A DNA stretch of 64,000 nucleotides from Methanobacteriota archaeon (GTDB lineage: Archaea; Thermoplasmatota; E2; DHVEG-1). The DNA is taken from positions 328,431 through 392,430 of the forward strand of contig CAVYNH010000004.1 of assembly GCA_963769885.1 (NCBI GenBank), written 5' to 3'. This document shows positions 30,323-40,789 of this stretch, one piece after another (the first letter of the stretch is position 1; each line of letters begins with the position of its first letter). The notes under the pieces were generated by a model. It did not search any database. It saw nothing but the letters and a program-made list of their open reading frames with translations, and had not been told where the DNA came from. The position numbers and the translations under genes were made by a program.

Positions 30323-30802
30323 ATGGTGGATGAAGTTCTAATAGATAACCTGGTTGTTTTTTCTGCAATTATCTACTATGCTTTCTTATGTGTAGTTTAT
30401 TTGTTGCGCGCCTATGAGCGCGATAAACTGGAATTGATGCTTGCCCCGGTCTTTAGTTTGCTGCTGGTGCCATTTGTTGCTTTGTGGACGTTGAACCTTC
30501 TCAATGGAAGCGACAGTGGACGCTTGATTACGGGGCTTCCGATAATCATCTATCTGGTCTACGATCTCTGGTATCGTTTAATTACGAAAAAGAAACCTCA
30601 ACATCATCCCGACCGTTGGCCTATTGGTTTGATAGTATACCTCATACTCCTTCAAATTGGGAGTATAGCCTTGAATTGGTACGGGTTCATCGTATCGAAA
30701 TTCTATGGAAATATGCTTATAATCTGCTACTTCGTCATGCTAGGTTGTTTTGGGTTTTACCAAAATAGATACAATAAGAGGAAAAAGATCATTACGAACT
30801 GA
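30323..30802 (+). CDS. Multi-TM membrane protein
   Basis: About five hydrophobic segments; GGAG RBS. Confidence 0.7.
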   Translation: MVDEVLIDNLVVFSAIIYYAFLCVVYLLRAYERDKLELMLAPVFSLLLVPFVALWTLNLLNGSDSGRLITGLPIIIYLVYDLWYRLITKKKPQHHPDRWPIGLIVYLILLQIGSIALNWYGFIVSKFYGNMLIICYFVMLGCFGFYQNRYNKRKKIITN

Positions 30803-30812
30803 TGGCAAAGGA

Positions 30813-30875
30813 TGCAGGGGAAGAGACTTGAACACCAAAATACAAGCAACAAATACAGGTTTCCTCTTTAAACTG
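30813..30875 (-). repeat. tRNA-Leu-type 3' fragment plus flank motif
   Basis: Reverse complement GTTCAAGTCTCTTCCCCTGCA = T-loop, T-stem 3', acceptor 3' and discriminator A. Confidence 0.55.
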
Positions 30876-30890
30876 AAAAAATCTTCTAAT

Positions 30891-31705
30891 TCATTTTGTC
30901 TTAACAAAAGGCTTTTTTAGAAAAGAAAGAGCAGAAGCGTAGATTGAAATTGTAATCAAAGGAATATGCAAGATACCGTTCCACCATAATTGGTCGGGGA
31001 TCATAATAAAATTTACTAAAATGTTATAGAAGGCTAGAATGAGCCCAACAAAACTCGTGACTCTCAGTGTTGCTATGTTAACCCGTGGGTAATAAAAGGT
31101 GAGTATTGCAAGATACACTGGCGTCATCATACAGAAAAATAGACCCGTAGCATTCGAAAAAATGTAAAGAGGATTGAAATCGGGCAGGTAAGTATTTGGA
31201 TTCGCAGGATAACAAAACGCTAGAAACGCGAAGGGAATCACCCAATATTTCCATAAAGGCTGTTTTGAGGTGTGAAATCATTTTTCTGAGCCAGTACCTC
31301 CCAGAACCAAAAAGCAGCGACAATACAAATCGCAACGAGATTGCTTGTGACAATTCCTAAACCATATTCTTCAGTAACGGCAATGTTTTGAAGAAATGCA
31401 AAAAGAACATAGGAGATAGCCACATAAATGCTAAAGAGACGTGTAACCTTGTTTCGGAGAAAGAAAATTGAAAAAATTAAGATGATCGGGATTATTTTAA
31501 AAATTGGATATATTACAGGATAGGAATATATTACACCATCCTTTCCAAGTATCGCACTTGTGAGTTTTCCTATTTCTGTTAAATCAACTCCTTTTGATGT
31601 GTAAAGTGGAATGAATTGTGCAAGGATAATAACGAGAAAAAATCACCATTTTCTGGTTAGTGATTCCAGTTTTGTTTGAATTCTATCAAGATTTTTAATG
31701 TTCAA
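30891..31705 (-). pseudogene. Multi-TM membrane protein with a nonsense codon and a frameshift
   Basis: TTG start with AGGAG RBS; in-frame TGA at 31643-31645; frameshift near 31260 (TPQ/QPLWKYW). Confidence 0.7.
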
Positions 31706-31958
31706 ATAATTTCTCTCCTTAATTACACTGTTTGAGTAAATCAATTATGAGACGGATATTTGTCTGAAGAACTTATAACTTACTGCAATCATTCATCCTC
31801 TCATCTATCAGACAAATAACGCCTCCATTTTTTTGTTCAAAAGAGAGGGAGAATATTTATTTAAAAATAGTAATAAGATTGCACCTTTAGGATCTAAGCG
31901 TCGATGTACCGATAAAAATTGTGTTTTTCTTCTGTTAAATAATTATGCTAAAGAATAG

Positions 31959-32041
31959 CGCGGGGAGGGAGATTCGAACTCCCGAGGTCAAAGACCACAG
32001 GATTAGCAATCCTGCGCCTTACCAGGCTGGGCCATCCCCGC
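31959..32041 (-). tRNA. tRNA-Ser(GCT)
   Basis: GCGGGGA/TCCCCGC acceptor, CAGGA-TTGCTAA-TCCTG anticodon arm, long variable arm, GGGAG-TTCGAAT-CTCCC, discriminator G. Confidence 0.97.
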
Positions 32042-32137
32042 AAACACCGGGCACCCCCAATATAAACCCCCCTCATAAAAACCTTATCACGGAGGCAACT
32101 TAAAATACCCACCACCACCTCCAACACACCACATATC

Positions 32138-33556
32138 ATGGACGACTGGACCGATACACATCGCCCTAAAAGCCTCCGAGATATCCTCGGCAACGACACC
32201 GCACTCTCAGAACTGCGCCGCTGGGCCACCCAATGGACCCAAGGCACCCCACCAAAGAAACGCGCCGTCATCCTCAGCGGCAACCCCGGCATCGGCAAAA
32301 CCATCGCCGCCCACGCACTTGCCGCTGACCTCGGCTGGACCACGCTTGAACTCAACGCCTCCGACGCCCGCAACGAAACCATCCTGCGCCGCATCGCCGG
32401 CGCCGGCGCCGCCAACGAAACCTTCGACGACACCGGCACCTACATCTCCACCAAAACCGGCGGCCGCAAACTCATCATCCTCGACGAAGCAGACAACCTC
32501 GACGAACACGCCAAAGACGCCACCGACGTCATGAACGGCCATGACTTCAGCGACCGCGGCGCCAAAAAAACCATCACCATGCTTGCCAAAACCACCAGAC
32601 AGCCCCTCATCCTCATCGTCAACGACTACTACACCCTCATCCGTGGCGGCGGCGACCAACTCCCCAGCCTCTGCCACCACATCCAATTCAAACCCATCAC
32701 CACCACTCAGATTATCGACCTCCTCAAACGCCTCTGCCGCGCCGAAGGCATCACCACCGACGACAAGACCCTGACCGCCATCGCCGCCAGATCCAAAGGA
32801 GACGTCAGATCCGCCGTCAACGACCTCCAAGCCATCAGCCTCAACCGCACCACCCTCACCATCAAAGACCTCGACGCCCTCGGCTATCGCGATCGCGATA
32901 CCATTATCTTCGACACCATCCGGGAGGTCTTCAAAGCCCGCACCAGCCAGGCTAGCCGTCAGAGCCTGCGTAGCGCGGATGTCGACCCTGAGACCTTCCT
33001 CCTCTGGATCTCCGAGAACATCCCCCGGGAATACCTTGATCCAGCTGACCTCGTCAACGGCTTCGACGCCGTCTCCAGAGCCGACGTCTTCCTCGGCCGC
33101 GTCCAGCGACGAGATTGCTACGACCTCTGGGCCTATGCCTGCGACCTCATGAGCGCGGGTGTCACGTGCGCTAAGACCCACCAGTACGGGAACATGCGCT
33201 ACGCCTACCCCTCGTGGTTGAAGGAGATGAGCGGCAGCAAGCCGCCCCGTCAGCTGCGGGATAGCATCGCCCTGAAGCTCGCCTGCCTGACCCATGCCTC
33301 AAAGCGTAAGGTCCGCGACCAGCTCCTCCCCACCTTCCAACGGCTGTACCGGGACGACACTCTGTTTGCACGTCGGATGACTGCCGTGCTTGGTCTCACG
33401 GAGGGTGAAGCCATATTTCTTCTTGGGAAGGACCAGGATCATCGTCTCAAAGAACTGTTCATGGATGAGGATGCTCCAAGCGAGCGGAAGATCAAAGTGT
33501 CTCAGGAAAAGAGGGAGCCGGAGGAGACTCGGCAGCCGAGCCTCATGGAGTTCTAA
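32138..33556 (+). CDS. rfcL: Replication factor C large subunit
   Basis: WTDTHRPKSL, GNPGIGKT, ELNASDAR, LDEAD, GDVRSAVNDLQ, C-terminal PIP box QPSLMEF. Confidence 0.95.
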   Translation: MDDWTDTHRPKSLRDILGNDTALSELRRWATQWTQGTPPKKRAVILSGNPGIGKTIAAHALAADLGWTTLELNASDARNETILRRIAGAGAANETFDDTGTYISTKTGGRKLIILDEADNLDEHAKDATDVMNGHDFSDRGAKKTITMLAKTTRQPLILIVNDYYTLIRGGGDQLPSLCHHIQFKPITTTQIIDLLKRLCRAEGITTDDKTLTAIAARSKGDVRSAVNDLQAISLNRTTLTIKDLDALGYRDRDTIIFDTIREVFKARTSQASRQSLRSADVDPETFLLWISENIPREYLDPADLVNGFDAVSRADVFLGRVQRRDCYDLWAYACDLMSAGVTCAKTHQYGNMRYAYPSWLKEMSGSKPPRQLRDSIALKLACLTHASKRKVRDQLLPTFQRLYRDDTLFARRMTAVLGLTEGEAIFLLGKDQDHRLKELFMDEDAPSERKIKVSQEKREPEETRQPSLMEF

Positions 33557-33562
33557 GACAGT

Positions 33563-34360
33563 CTATTGTTGGATATTTTCAAGGCGGCGCATGGTGTCGA
33601 CGGCCTGCGCTTTGTACTCCTCTTTTAGCTTCGTATAGGTCTCATCGGAGATGGCCTTCGCGCGGTACCGTTTCTCCAGTTCCTTGAGCAGCTCCAGGAG
33701 CAGTTCTTTTTTCGTCGTCAGCGCCTCGGGGGTGTCGATGGTGCCGACGCGTTTCTTGCGCCGCTGTCGGCGGAGCACGAGGAGCAACATAGTGATGATG
33801 ATGACCACGACGAGGAAGACGAGAACTAGGGTGGTGATTCCTAGGGGTGCTTCTGAGGGGTTGTAGAGTTGGACGACGAGTTCGTTGGATTTGGCGAAGT
33901 TCTTCCCGGAGAACAGCGTTTGGGTGTTGTAGGAGACCGTTGCTTGGGAGGTGTTGTAGAGGAGGTCTTTGATGAACCGGTTGGTGTTCGTCGGCAGTCC
34001 GTAGGAGAGTTTGACTTCGAAGGATCCTGCGGGTGGGATGCTGAGGTGCTTCTCGGTGAGGTTGCATTCGCGGATGTTGCCGTTGACGACCCAGGAGAGG
34101 CTGGTGCCGCTGCTGGTGGCCGTGACGGTGAGGTCTTGTTTGGCTTCGCTTTGGATCCAGAATCGAAGGAGGGAGATGTTTTCGGTGCCGTGGTTGGAGA
34201 CACGGATCGTTTCTTCGACGTGGAGGCCGTTGTTGGCGACGGTGATGGTGATGGTCTGGCTGTCGGTGACGATGCCGGCGTCTGTGAGGGCGGAGGAGGG
34301 GAACGCCAGCCAGCTTAACGAAAGGAGCGCTATGAGAAGGCAGGTGATGAGTCGTCGCAT
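33563..34360 (-). CDS. Membrane-anchored secreted protein with C-terminal SHOCT-like helices
   Basis: Signal peptide, TM helix, ISDETYTKLKEEY. Confidence 0.75.
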   Translation of the reverse strand: MRRLITCLLIALLSLSWLAFPSSALTDAGIVTDSQTITITVANNGLHVEETIRVSNHGTENISLLRFWIQSEAKQDLTVTATSSGTSLSWVVNGNIRECNLTEKHLSIPPAGSFEVKLSYGLPTNTNRFIKDLLYNTSQATVSYNTQTLFSGKNFAKSNELVVQLYNPSEAPLGITTLVLVFLVVVIIITMLLLVLRRQRRKKRVGTIDTPEALTTKKELLLELLKELEKRYRAKAISDETYTKLKEEYKAQAVDTMRRLENIQQ

Positions 34361-34479
34361 AGGGGGTCGGCCGCTACGATACCTTGTTTCCTTATCTACT
34401 TTTCGACCTTGTGGTGAGGAGACAGGGTGGTTTTAAATAATGTCAGTAGCTTGCCGATTCATCAGTGATGTGAGCGCGT

Positions 34480-34977
34480 ATGACGGTTGGAATCATCTTT
34501 TATTCACGGACGGGGAACACCAGGAAAGCTGCGGAGCTGCTTGCGGACAAGATCAAGGCGAAAGGCCATGGGTTGGAGTTCGTGGAGATCGAGGCGGTGC
34601 GTAGGCCTGGTTTTTTTTCAGCGGGTCGCGCAAGTATGCGGCAGACAGAGCTTCCAATCAAGAACGGACCCATGGAACTGGGGAAGTATGAGTTCGTGGT
34701 GTTCGGCGTCCCGGTGTGGGCGGGGAATCCCTCCCCGATGCTGAAGTCGTTTCTTGGGAAGGTCCCTGGGTGCCAACGGATTCCTGCTGCATGTTTTCTG
34801 AATGGTAGCGGGAAGGCGGGGACCCACGACCGCGCCATCGCCGGTGTCAAAGACTTGGTTGTGGGGAAGGGGTTCGATCTGCGCGAGCCGATTCTTGAGG
34901 TGCAGATGGGCCGCAGTGGCATCCTCAGTCAAAACATGTCGTTGGATGAGTTTCTTGCTGCTGTGCTGCCGCGGTAG
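34480..34977 (+). CDS. Flavodoxin family protein
   Basis: FYSRTGNTRK, GVPVWAG. Confidence 0.85.
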   Translation: MTVGIIFYSRTGNTRKAAELLADKIKAKGHGLEFVEIEAVRRPGFFSAGRASMRQTELPIKNGPMELGKYEFVVFGVPVWAGNPSPMLKSFLGKVPGCQRIPAACFLNGSGKAGTHDRAIAGVKDLVVGKGFDLREPILEVQMGRSGILSQNMSLDEFLAAVLPR

Positions 34978-34983
34978 GAGTCA

Positions 34984-35889
34984 TCACATCGCTCGGAGCC
35001 GGCGGATGCGTTCGTCCAGGGGCGGGTGCGTGGACCAGATGGAGTCCCGCAGGGCGCGTTTGAAGGGGTTGGCGATGTAGAGCGGGGCGACGGTGGGGCT
35101 GCCTTTGGGGTCGTCGGGGAGGTCGTTTTTGATTTTTTCCAGCGCGCTGGCGAGGCCTTCGGGGTTCCTGGTGAGGGCGGCGCCTTGGGCGTCGGCGAGG
35201 TATTCCCGGCGCCGGCTGATGGCGAGGTAGGTGAGGCGGCTGAAGATGGGGGCGAGGACGACGAAGATGAGGGCGACGATGGCGATGATGCCTGCGCCGT
35301 TGCCGCGGTCGCGGCTTCTGCCCGCGCCGCCCCAGAAGACTATTCTGATGGCGATTTCGGCGAGGAGGGCGATGGCGCCGACGACGCCGACGGTCACGGT
35401 CATGACGAGGATGTCGTGGTCGAGGATGTGGCTCATTTCGTGGCCGATGACGCCTTCGAGTTCTTCGGTGTTGAGTTGGTGGAGGGCGCCGGTGGTGGCG
35501 CAGATGATGGCTTCGTCGGGGTGGCGTCCGGTGGCGAAGGCGTTGATGTCCCGAGAGTCTTGGACGTAGACTTTTGGGGTGGGCAGGCCGGCGGCGATGG
35601 CCATTTCTTCGACTTTGTAGATGAGGAGTTTTTCTTCGCGGTTGGCGGGGTTGGCGGGGCGTGCTTTGGCGGCGGCGATGACGCTTTGGACGCTGAAGCT
35701 GTAGGTGATGAGGATGTAGAAGAGGCTGACGGCGAGGGCGATGGGGAAGGTGAAGAGTGGTGGTGCGTTGAGGATGAGGCCGATGAGGAAGATGACGGTG
35801 AAGAGGAGGAGGAGCATGACCGTGCAGATGAGGACGGTGATGAGTTTGTTGTGGCGGATTTGGTCTTCGAGGAGCATGCTGCGGGGCAT
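34984..35889 (-). CDS. htpX: HtpX M48 zinc metalloprotease
   Basis: INAFATG, HEMSH, SRRREYLAD, STHPPLDERI. Confidence 0.95.
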   Translation of the reverse strand: MPRSMLLEDQIRHNKLITVLICTVMLLLLFTVIFLIGLILNAPPLFTFPIALAVSLFYILITYSFSVQSVIAAAKARPANPANREEKLLIYKVEEMAIAAGLPTPKVYVQDSRDINAFATGRHPDEAIICATTGALHQLNTEELEGVIGHEMSHILDHDILVMTVTVGVVGAIALLAEIAIRIVFWGGAGRSRDRGNGAGIIAIVALIFVVLAPIFSRLTYLAISRRREYLADAQGAALTRNPEGLASALEKIKNDLPDDPKGSPTVAPLYIANPFKRALRDSIWSTHPPLDERIRRLRAM

Positions 35890-35953
35890 TTTCAGGGTGA
35901 CCTCCTTTTGATGAGTGAGGGAAGAAGAAAGAGAGGAAGAAAAAGGTTGTGGG

Positions 35954-36517
35954 TTAGAATTTGACTTTGGGGGCTTCCCTGCTTGCTTCTGGGATTTGGA
36001 GCATGGGTTTTTCTGTGCGGCCCATGCGGCGGGCGAAGATGACGCCGGGGAAGGTCTCGATGGTGTTGTTGTAGGCGAGGACGCTGTCGTTGTAGTGCTG
36101 GCGGGCGTAGCTGATCTTGTCTTCGGTGTGGGTGAGCTCGTCTTGGAGCTGGAGGAAGTTGGTGTTGGCTTTGAGGTCCGGGTAGTTTTCGGCGACGGCG
36201 AAGAGGGTCTTCAGCGTGCCAGTGAGTATGTTGTTGGCGTCGATGCTCTCCTGGGGGGTCTTGGCGCTCATGAGGCCGGCGCGGGCTTTGGTGACGGCTT
36301 CCATGGTGCCGCGCTCGTGCTGCATGTAGCCGCGGACGGTCTCCATGAGGTTGGGGATGAGGTCTGCCCGCCGTTTGAGTTGGACGTCGATTTGTCCCCA
36401 GTTGTTGTCGATGCGGTTCTCGTAGACGATGATGCGGTTGTAGTAGCTGACGATCCAGAGGATGACGGCGACGACGATGATGAGGACGATGAGGCCGATA
36501 ATCAGAATCCAGTCCAT
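35954..36517 (-). CDS. lemA: LemA family protein
   Basis: [24 protein letters not shown]. Confidence 0.95.
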   Translation of the reverse strand: MDWILIIGLIVLIIVVAVILWIVSYYNRIIVYENRIDNNWGQIDVQLKRRADLIPNLMETVRGYMQHERGTMEAVTKARAGLMSAKTPQESIDANNILTGTLKTLFAVAENYPDLKANTNFLQLQDELTHTEDKISYARQHYNDSVLAYNNTIETFPGVIFARRMGRTEKPMLQIPEASREAPKVKF

Positions 36518-36601
36518 GTGTCTTCTCCTACCCTGTGATGGTTCGTGGGTCGGATGGTGCAATAGGGTTCTTGTATAAAAACGTGTGCCTCAGGGGGGCC
36601 G

Positions 36602-37381
36602 TTAGGAGCCGTGCTTATAGACCTCGTAGGCCTCCTTGGGCGTGGCCTTCTTGTGGACGATGGCGTTGACGGCCTTCACCATGGAAAGGGGGTGGCTGCT
36701 TTGGAAGATGTTGCGGCCCATGTCCACGCCGGCCGCCCCCGCCTGAATCGCGTGATAGGCCATCTCGAGGGCTTCCTGTTCCGGGAGTTTCTTGCCGCCG
36801 GCGATCACGATGGGGACCGGGCAGCTGTCCACGACCTTCTCGAAGTCCTTGACATAATAGGTTTTGACGAGGTGGGCGCCCAGCTCCGCGGCTATCCGAG
36901 AGGCGAGGCTCATGTACCGGGCGTCCCGGACCATCTCCTTGCCGACCGCGGTGACCGCGACAACAGGGATGCCGTAGCGTTCCGCCTCATCGATGTACTG
37001 CGTCAGCCCTAAGATGGTGTCGCGCTCGAACTCCGCCCCGACCATGATAGAGTAGGCGACGCCCGAGGCGTTCAACCGGATCGCGTCCTCCACGGAGCAG
37101 ACCGTGCCCTCATGCAGCAGCTCTTTGCCGATGATGCTGGTGCCGCCGGAGACCCGCAGGACGATCGGGATATCGACCTCAGGCGGGATGTACGTGCGCA
37201 GCGCGCCGCGTGTCAACATCAGGGTGTCCGCGTACCGCAGCAGAGGCAGGACCATCTGATCCAAGTGCTCCAGCCCGCTCGTCGGGCCCATGAAATAGCC
37301 GTGGTCCACCGCGAGCATCACCGTGTGCCCATCCTTAGCGCGAATAATCTTGGATAACCGGTTCTTCAATCCCCAGTCCAT
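36602..37381 (-). CDS. lsrF: LsrF-like thiolase / DhnA-type class I aldolase
   Basis: MDWGLKNRL, LAVDHGYFMGPT, VKTYY, IAGGKK, DMGRNIFQ. Confidence 0.85.
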   Translation of the reverse strand: MDWGLKNRLSKIIRAKDGHTVMLAVDHGYFMGPTSGLEHLDQMVLPLLRYADTLMLTRGALRTYIPPEVDIPIVLRVSGGTSIIGKELLHEGTVCSVEDAIRLNASGVAYSIMVGAEFERDTILGLTQYIDEAERYGIPVVAVTAVGKEMVRDARYMSLASRIAAELGAHLVKTYYVKDFEKVVDSCPVPIVIAGGKKLPEQEALEMAYHAIQAGAAGVDMGRNIFQSSHPLSMVKAVNAIVHKKATPKEAYEVYKHGS

Positions 37382-37491
37382 ACGCAAATTGCCTCCAGCC
37401 GCAAGGAAACCCATGGCTACATATAAGAGTATTGCCAGACACAAACCGCGGCTGAATAAGGTTAATATAAACCGATGAAATACCATGGCCC

Positions 37492-38094
37492 ATGCCAACC
37501 TCACGCACCAATAAGATCCTCACCGCAGTCGTCGTCATCGCCCTCATCGCCGCCATCGCCGTCCTCGTCTTCGCCTACATCCCCTGGGGCGGGTTTCCGA
37601 ACCAAAACGAGAACAAGGGGCCTTCCATCACTGTGTCTATGGATGCGGTCAACCGCAGCTACACCAAGAGCGACTTGCAAGGGATCGGGAACTTCACCGG
37701 AGTCGGCGGCTACCGCACGCAGTTTCCAATGATCAAAGGCATCGGCAACTACACCGGCGTCTACATCGAGAGCCTCATCCATGACTTCTCGCCAAGCCTC
37801 ACCAGCTATAGCCTCAACATCACGGCCATGGACAATGTATCCTATCTCTACAACCTCACGGTCATCCAGGGAGGCGTCGATCTCTATAACGCCTCGAACG
37901 CCACCAACACCACCCCCATTGGTCATGGCGGGGTCAAGATGATGCTGGCGTGGGAATACAATAATCAACCATTGAACAACAGCCGCGATTCCTTCCGGAT
38001 CGCCTTCATCAACAATCCCTCCCAGCCAGTGCCCATCACGGACGCCAGCCTGTGGCTCAAAGACGTCCGCTCCATCCAGGTCATCCCCCGGTAG
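37492..38094 (+). CDS. Membrane-anchored extracellular protein (molybdopterin-binding-like fold)
   Basis: N-terminal TM; YTGV.I..L, MMLAWEYNNQPL, WLKDVRSI. Confidence 0.6.
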   Translation: MPTSRTNKILTAVVVIALIAAIAVLVFAYIPWGGFPNQNENKGPSITVSMDAVNRSYTKSDLQGIGNFTGVGGYRTQFPMIKGIGNYTGVYIESLIHDFSPSLTSYSLNITAMDNVSYLYNLTVIQGGVDLYNASNATNTTPIGHGGVKMMLAWEYNNQPLNNSRDSFRIAFINNPSQPVPITDASLWLKDVRSIQVIPR

Positions 38095-38209
38095 ACCGCC
38101 CAACCCGGCTTCAAATACCCGTAGAAAAAAACCCGGTAGGAAGCCGGGTCCCCAAACCTTTTTTATCCTTTCGCCTGTTACCCAGGGTACCATTTGGGAG
38201 AGGCATCCT

Positions 38210-39658
38210 ATGACAGGACTCGAAAATCTCAAACCGACGCTTGTTTGGGCTCATTTTGACCAGATCCGAAAGATCCCCCGCTGTTCCAAGCACGAAGAGA
38301 AGATCCGCCAATACATCCTCGATTTCGCCAAAAAACAAGGACTACAAACCCGCACCGACAAGGTCGGCAACGTCGTCGTCATCAAACCCGCAGCCAAAGG
38401 CATGGAGAAAAAACCCATCGCCATCCTCCAAGGCCACATGGACATGGTCTGCGAAAAGAACAGCGACGTCACCTTCGACTTCTCCAAGGACCCCATCCAG
38501 ATCACCATCAAAGACGACATCCTCAAGGCCAAGGGGACGACCCTCGGCGGGGACAACGGCATCGGCCTGGCCATGAGCCTCGCGATTCTCGAGGACAAGA
38601 GCCTCAGGCTCGGCCCGATCGAGGCCCTCTTCACCGTCGACGAGGAGACCGGGCTGACCGGCGCGTTCGCCCTCGAGCCCCGCATGCTCAACGGCCGCAT
38701 CATGCTCAACCTGGACAGCGAGGACTTCGGCGTCATCACCGTCGGCTGCGCCGGCGGGGGCGACTCCAAACTCGAACTGCCCCTAATAATCGAGCCTGTC
38801 CCTCAAACCTTCACGGGGCTGAGTGTCACTGTCTCCGGCTTACGCGGCGGGCATTCCGGCGTCGACATCCACGAGCAGCGCGGCAACGCCGTCAAGATCC
38901 TCGCCCGGCTCCTCTGGAAGGCTGGGATGAAGTATTCCCTGGCCATCGTAGACATCAAGGGCGGGGACAAGCACAACGCCATCCCAAGGGAGGCCCACGC
39001 AGCCATCGGCATCCCCAAGGCGGATGCGCCCGCCGTCTCCAAGCTCCTGAAAGAGGAATGCCAGGCGGTGCTTGAGGAAATCAGGTCCGCCGACCCGAAC
39101 CTCAAATGCGAGATCAAGGATCAAGGGCTACCGCCGCAGGCGATCAACCAGTCATCGTCCAAGATGCTGCTGTCTCTTCTCTATGGCCTGCCGCACGGGG
39201 TCGACAAGCGCAGCTATGATATCCCGATCCTGGTGGAGACCTCCAATAATGTGGCGACCGTGTCTATCTCGGGGAAGACCGCGACGATTTCGACGAGCTC
39301 GCGCAGCTCCGTGAAGTCGGAACTGCAGGATATGCGGAACCGCATCCATGCGATCGCGAACCTAGCGGGCGCGAAGGTCTCTGAGGGGGATGCGTACCCG
39401 GGCTGGAAGCCGAACATGGACTCCAAGCTGCTGAAGCTGGCGCAGAATGTCTTCAAGGACATGTTCCATGAGGATGCGAAGGTCGAGGCAATCCACGCGG
39501 GCTTGGAGACCGGAATCGTCGGCGAGAAGTTCCCGGGCATGGACATGATCTCGATCGGGCCGACGTTGAAGAACCCGCACTCACCGGATGAGTACCTCGT
39601 GATCAGCACGGTTGGGAAGACCTACGATTACGTGTTGAAGATCCTGATGAGTCTTTAA
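38210..39658 (+). CDS. pepD: Aminoacyl-histidine dipeptidase (M20C)
   Basis: QGHMDMVCEK, TTLGGDNGIG, DEETGLTGA, GGHSG, IHAGLETG. Confidence 0.95.
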   Translation: MTGLENLKPTLVWAHFDQIRKIPRCSKHEEKIRQYILDFAKKQGLQTRTDKVGNVVVIKPAAKGMEKKPIAILQGHMDMVCEKNSDVTFDFSKDPIQITIKDDILKAKGTTLGGDNGIGLAMSLAILEDKSLRLGPIEALFTVDEETGLTGAFALEPRMLNGRIMLNLDSEDFGVITVGCAGGGDSKLELPLIIEPVPQTFTGLSVTVSGLRGGHSGVDIHEQRGNAVKILARLLWKAGMKYSLAIVDIKGGDKHNAIPREAHAAIGIPKADAPAVSKLLKEECQAVLEEIRSADPNLKCEIKDQGLPPQAINQSSSKMLLSLLYGLPHGVDKRSYDIPILVETSNNVATVSISGKTATISTSSRSSVKSELQDMRNRIHAIANLAGAKVSEGDAYPGWKPNMDSKLLKLAQNVFKDMFHEDAKVEAIHAGLETGIVGEKFPGMDMISIGPTLKNPHSPDEYLVISTVGKTYDYVLKILMSL

Positions 39659-40701
39659 CCGAGGTCGAACGGCTGCTTCGCTGGATGCCAGTCGAGGTTG
39701 ATCCATCGAATCGGCGACTTCAACCAGGGGAATGTTCGGGTTCCGTGGATGATGACGGGCATGCCGAAGGGATGGCGTGCCCAGCAGTTCCCCTGCCAGT
39801 GGTTTTTCGAGGAGTTTTCGAACCAGGCGTCGACCTGATTGTGCAGGAAATTGTTGGTAGTGATGACCGTGCTATTGGAGTAGCGGAGGGAGATGCCAGG
39901 GTTGCTGCCGTTGATCTCGTTGCGGGTGATGACGGTCCCATCGGCATGGGTGAGGACGATGCCGTATTGGGAGTCGTTGATGAAGTGGTTGTCGTGGATG
40001 GAGTTGTTGTTGGCGTGCGTCCAGAGGCCGACGCCGCTGTAGGGGCAGTCAGTGATGGTGTTGGAGTCGACCTCGTTGTTCGTGGAGTTCGGCCAGATGC
40101 TGACACCGGCGTCGTGGTTCTTTGAGAAGGTGTTGTGCGTGACGTGGGTGAGGGTGGACATGGAGATGACGACGGAGCAGTGGCCGTTATGGGTGATAAG
40201 GTTGTTCCGGATGAGAATGGTGGATGAGTTGCGGAGGTAGATGCCTTCGTTGCCGTTGTCGTAGATGGTGTTGTTGTGGGCGGTGCAGTTCTGTGAGTTG
40301 TTGAAGAAGATGCCGACGGCGTAGGCGCCGGCGTCCCTGACGATGGTGTCGTGCACGCAGGAGTTCGCCGTCTGGAGGTAGATGTCGGCGTTGAGCATGG
40401 GGGCGGGGCCGCTGTGCTGGACCGTGAGCCCGGTGATGGTGCAGGTGGTGGCGTGGATGGTGATGACGTCGCCGGTGCCGTTGCCGTCGATGATGGTGGT
40501 TGCTTTGGCTTCGCCGCGGAGGGTGAGGGGGATGGTGACGATGGGGTGTTCGTAGTAGGGTGCGTGGTCGTCGTAGATGTAGACGGTATCACCGGGGGTG
40601 GCGGCGTCGATGGCTGCTTGGATGGTGGTGTAGTTGCAAGGTCCGCTGCCGCCGACGTACAGGATTGTTGGCGTCTGTTGAGCGCTTGGTACTCTAGGCA
40701 T
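39655..40701 (-). CDS. Secreted right-handed beta-helix (NosD/CASH) protein
   Basis: LYVGGSGPCNYTTIQAAID and PbH1 repeats; start uncertain. Confidence 0.8.
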   Translation of the reverse strand: MPRVPSAQQTPTILYVGGSGPCNYTTIQAAIDAATPGDTVYIYDDHAPYYEHPIVTIPLTLRGEAKATTIIDGNGTGDVITIHATTCTITGLTVQHSGPAPMLNADIYLQTANSCVHDTIVRDAGAYAVGIFFNNSQNCTAHNNTIYDNGNEGIYLRNSSTILIRNNLITHNGHCSVVISMSTLTHVTHNTFSKNHDAGVSIWPNSTNNEVDSNTITDCPYSGVGLWTHANNNSIHDNHFINDSQYGIVLTHADGTVITRNEINGSNPGISLRYSNSTVITTNNFLHNQVDAWFENSSKNHWQGNCWARHPFGMPVIIHGTRTFPWLKSPIRWINLDWHPAKQPFDLG

Positions 40702-40789
40702 GAGTGCCGTCGTGAAAAGGAAGAAAAAAAGAAGGAGGGTGGCTGCCGTGTTACAGCTAGGGCTTTGATGAGTATGATGCTGTCTGTGG

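Larger units (their letters stand above)
14608..31975. mobile_element. ~17.4 kb AT-rich genomic island (tandem cassette array) at the tRNA-Ser(GCT) 3' end; no integrase inside
   Basis: Sharp drop in GC at ~14.55 kb and recovery at ~32.0 kb; direct repeat cgc(c/g)gggagggagatt at 14608-14623 versus tRNA 3' end 31959-31974; further internal copies. Confidence 0.8.

Noticed and set aside
31643-31645. In-frame TGA as selenocysteine or recoding
   Set aside because: It follows TGG in a WW-like context and the same gene also has a frameshift, so ordinary pseudogenisation is the simpler explanation.
14608-31975. Island repeats interpreted as a CRISPR array or as integron attC sites
   Set aside because: Spacing is irregular (under 0.1 kb to about 9 kb), there are no cas or intI genes, and the repeats derive from tRNA rather than being palindromic.
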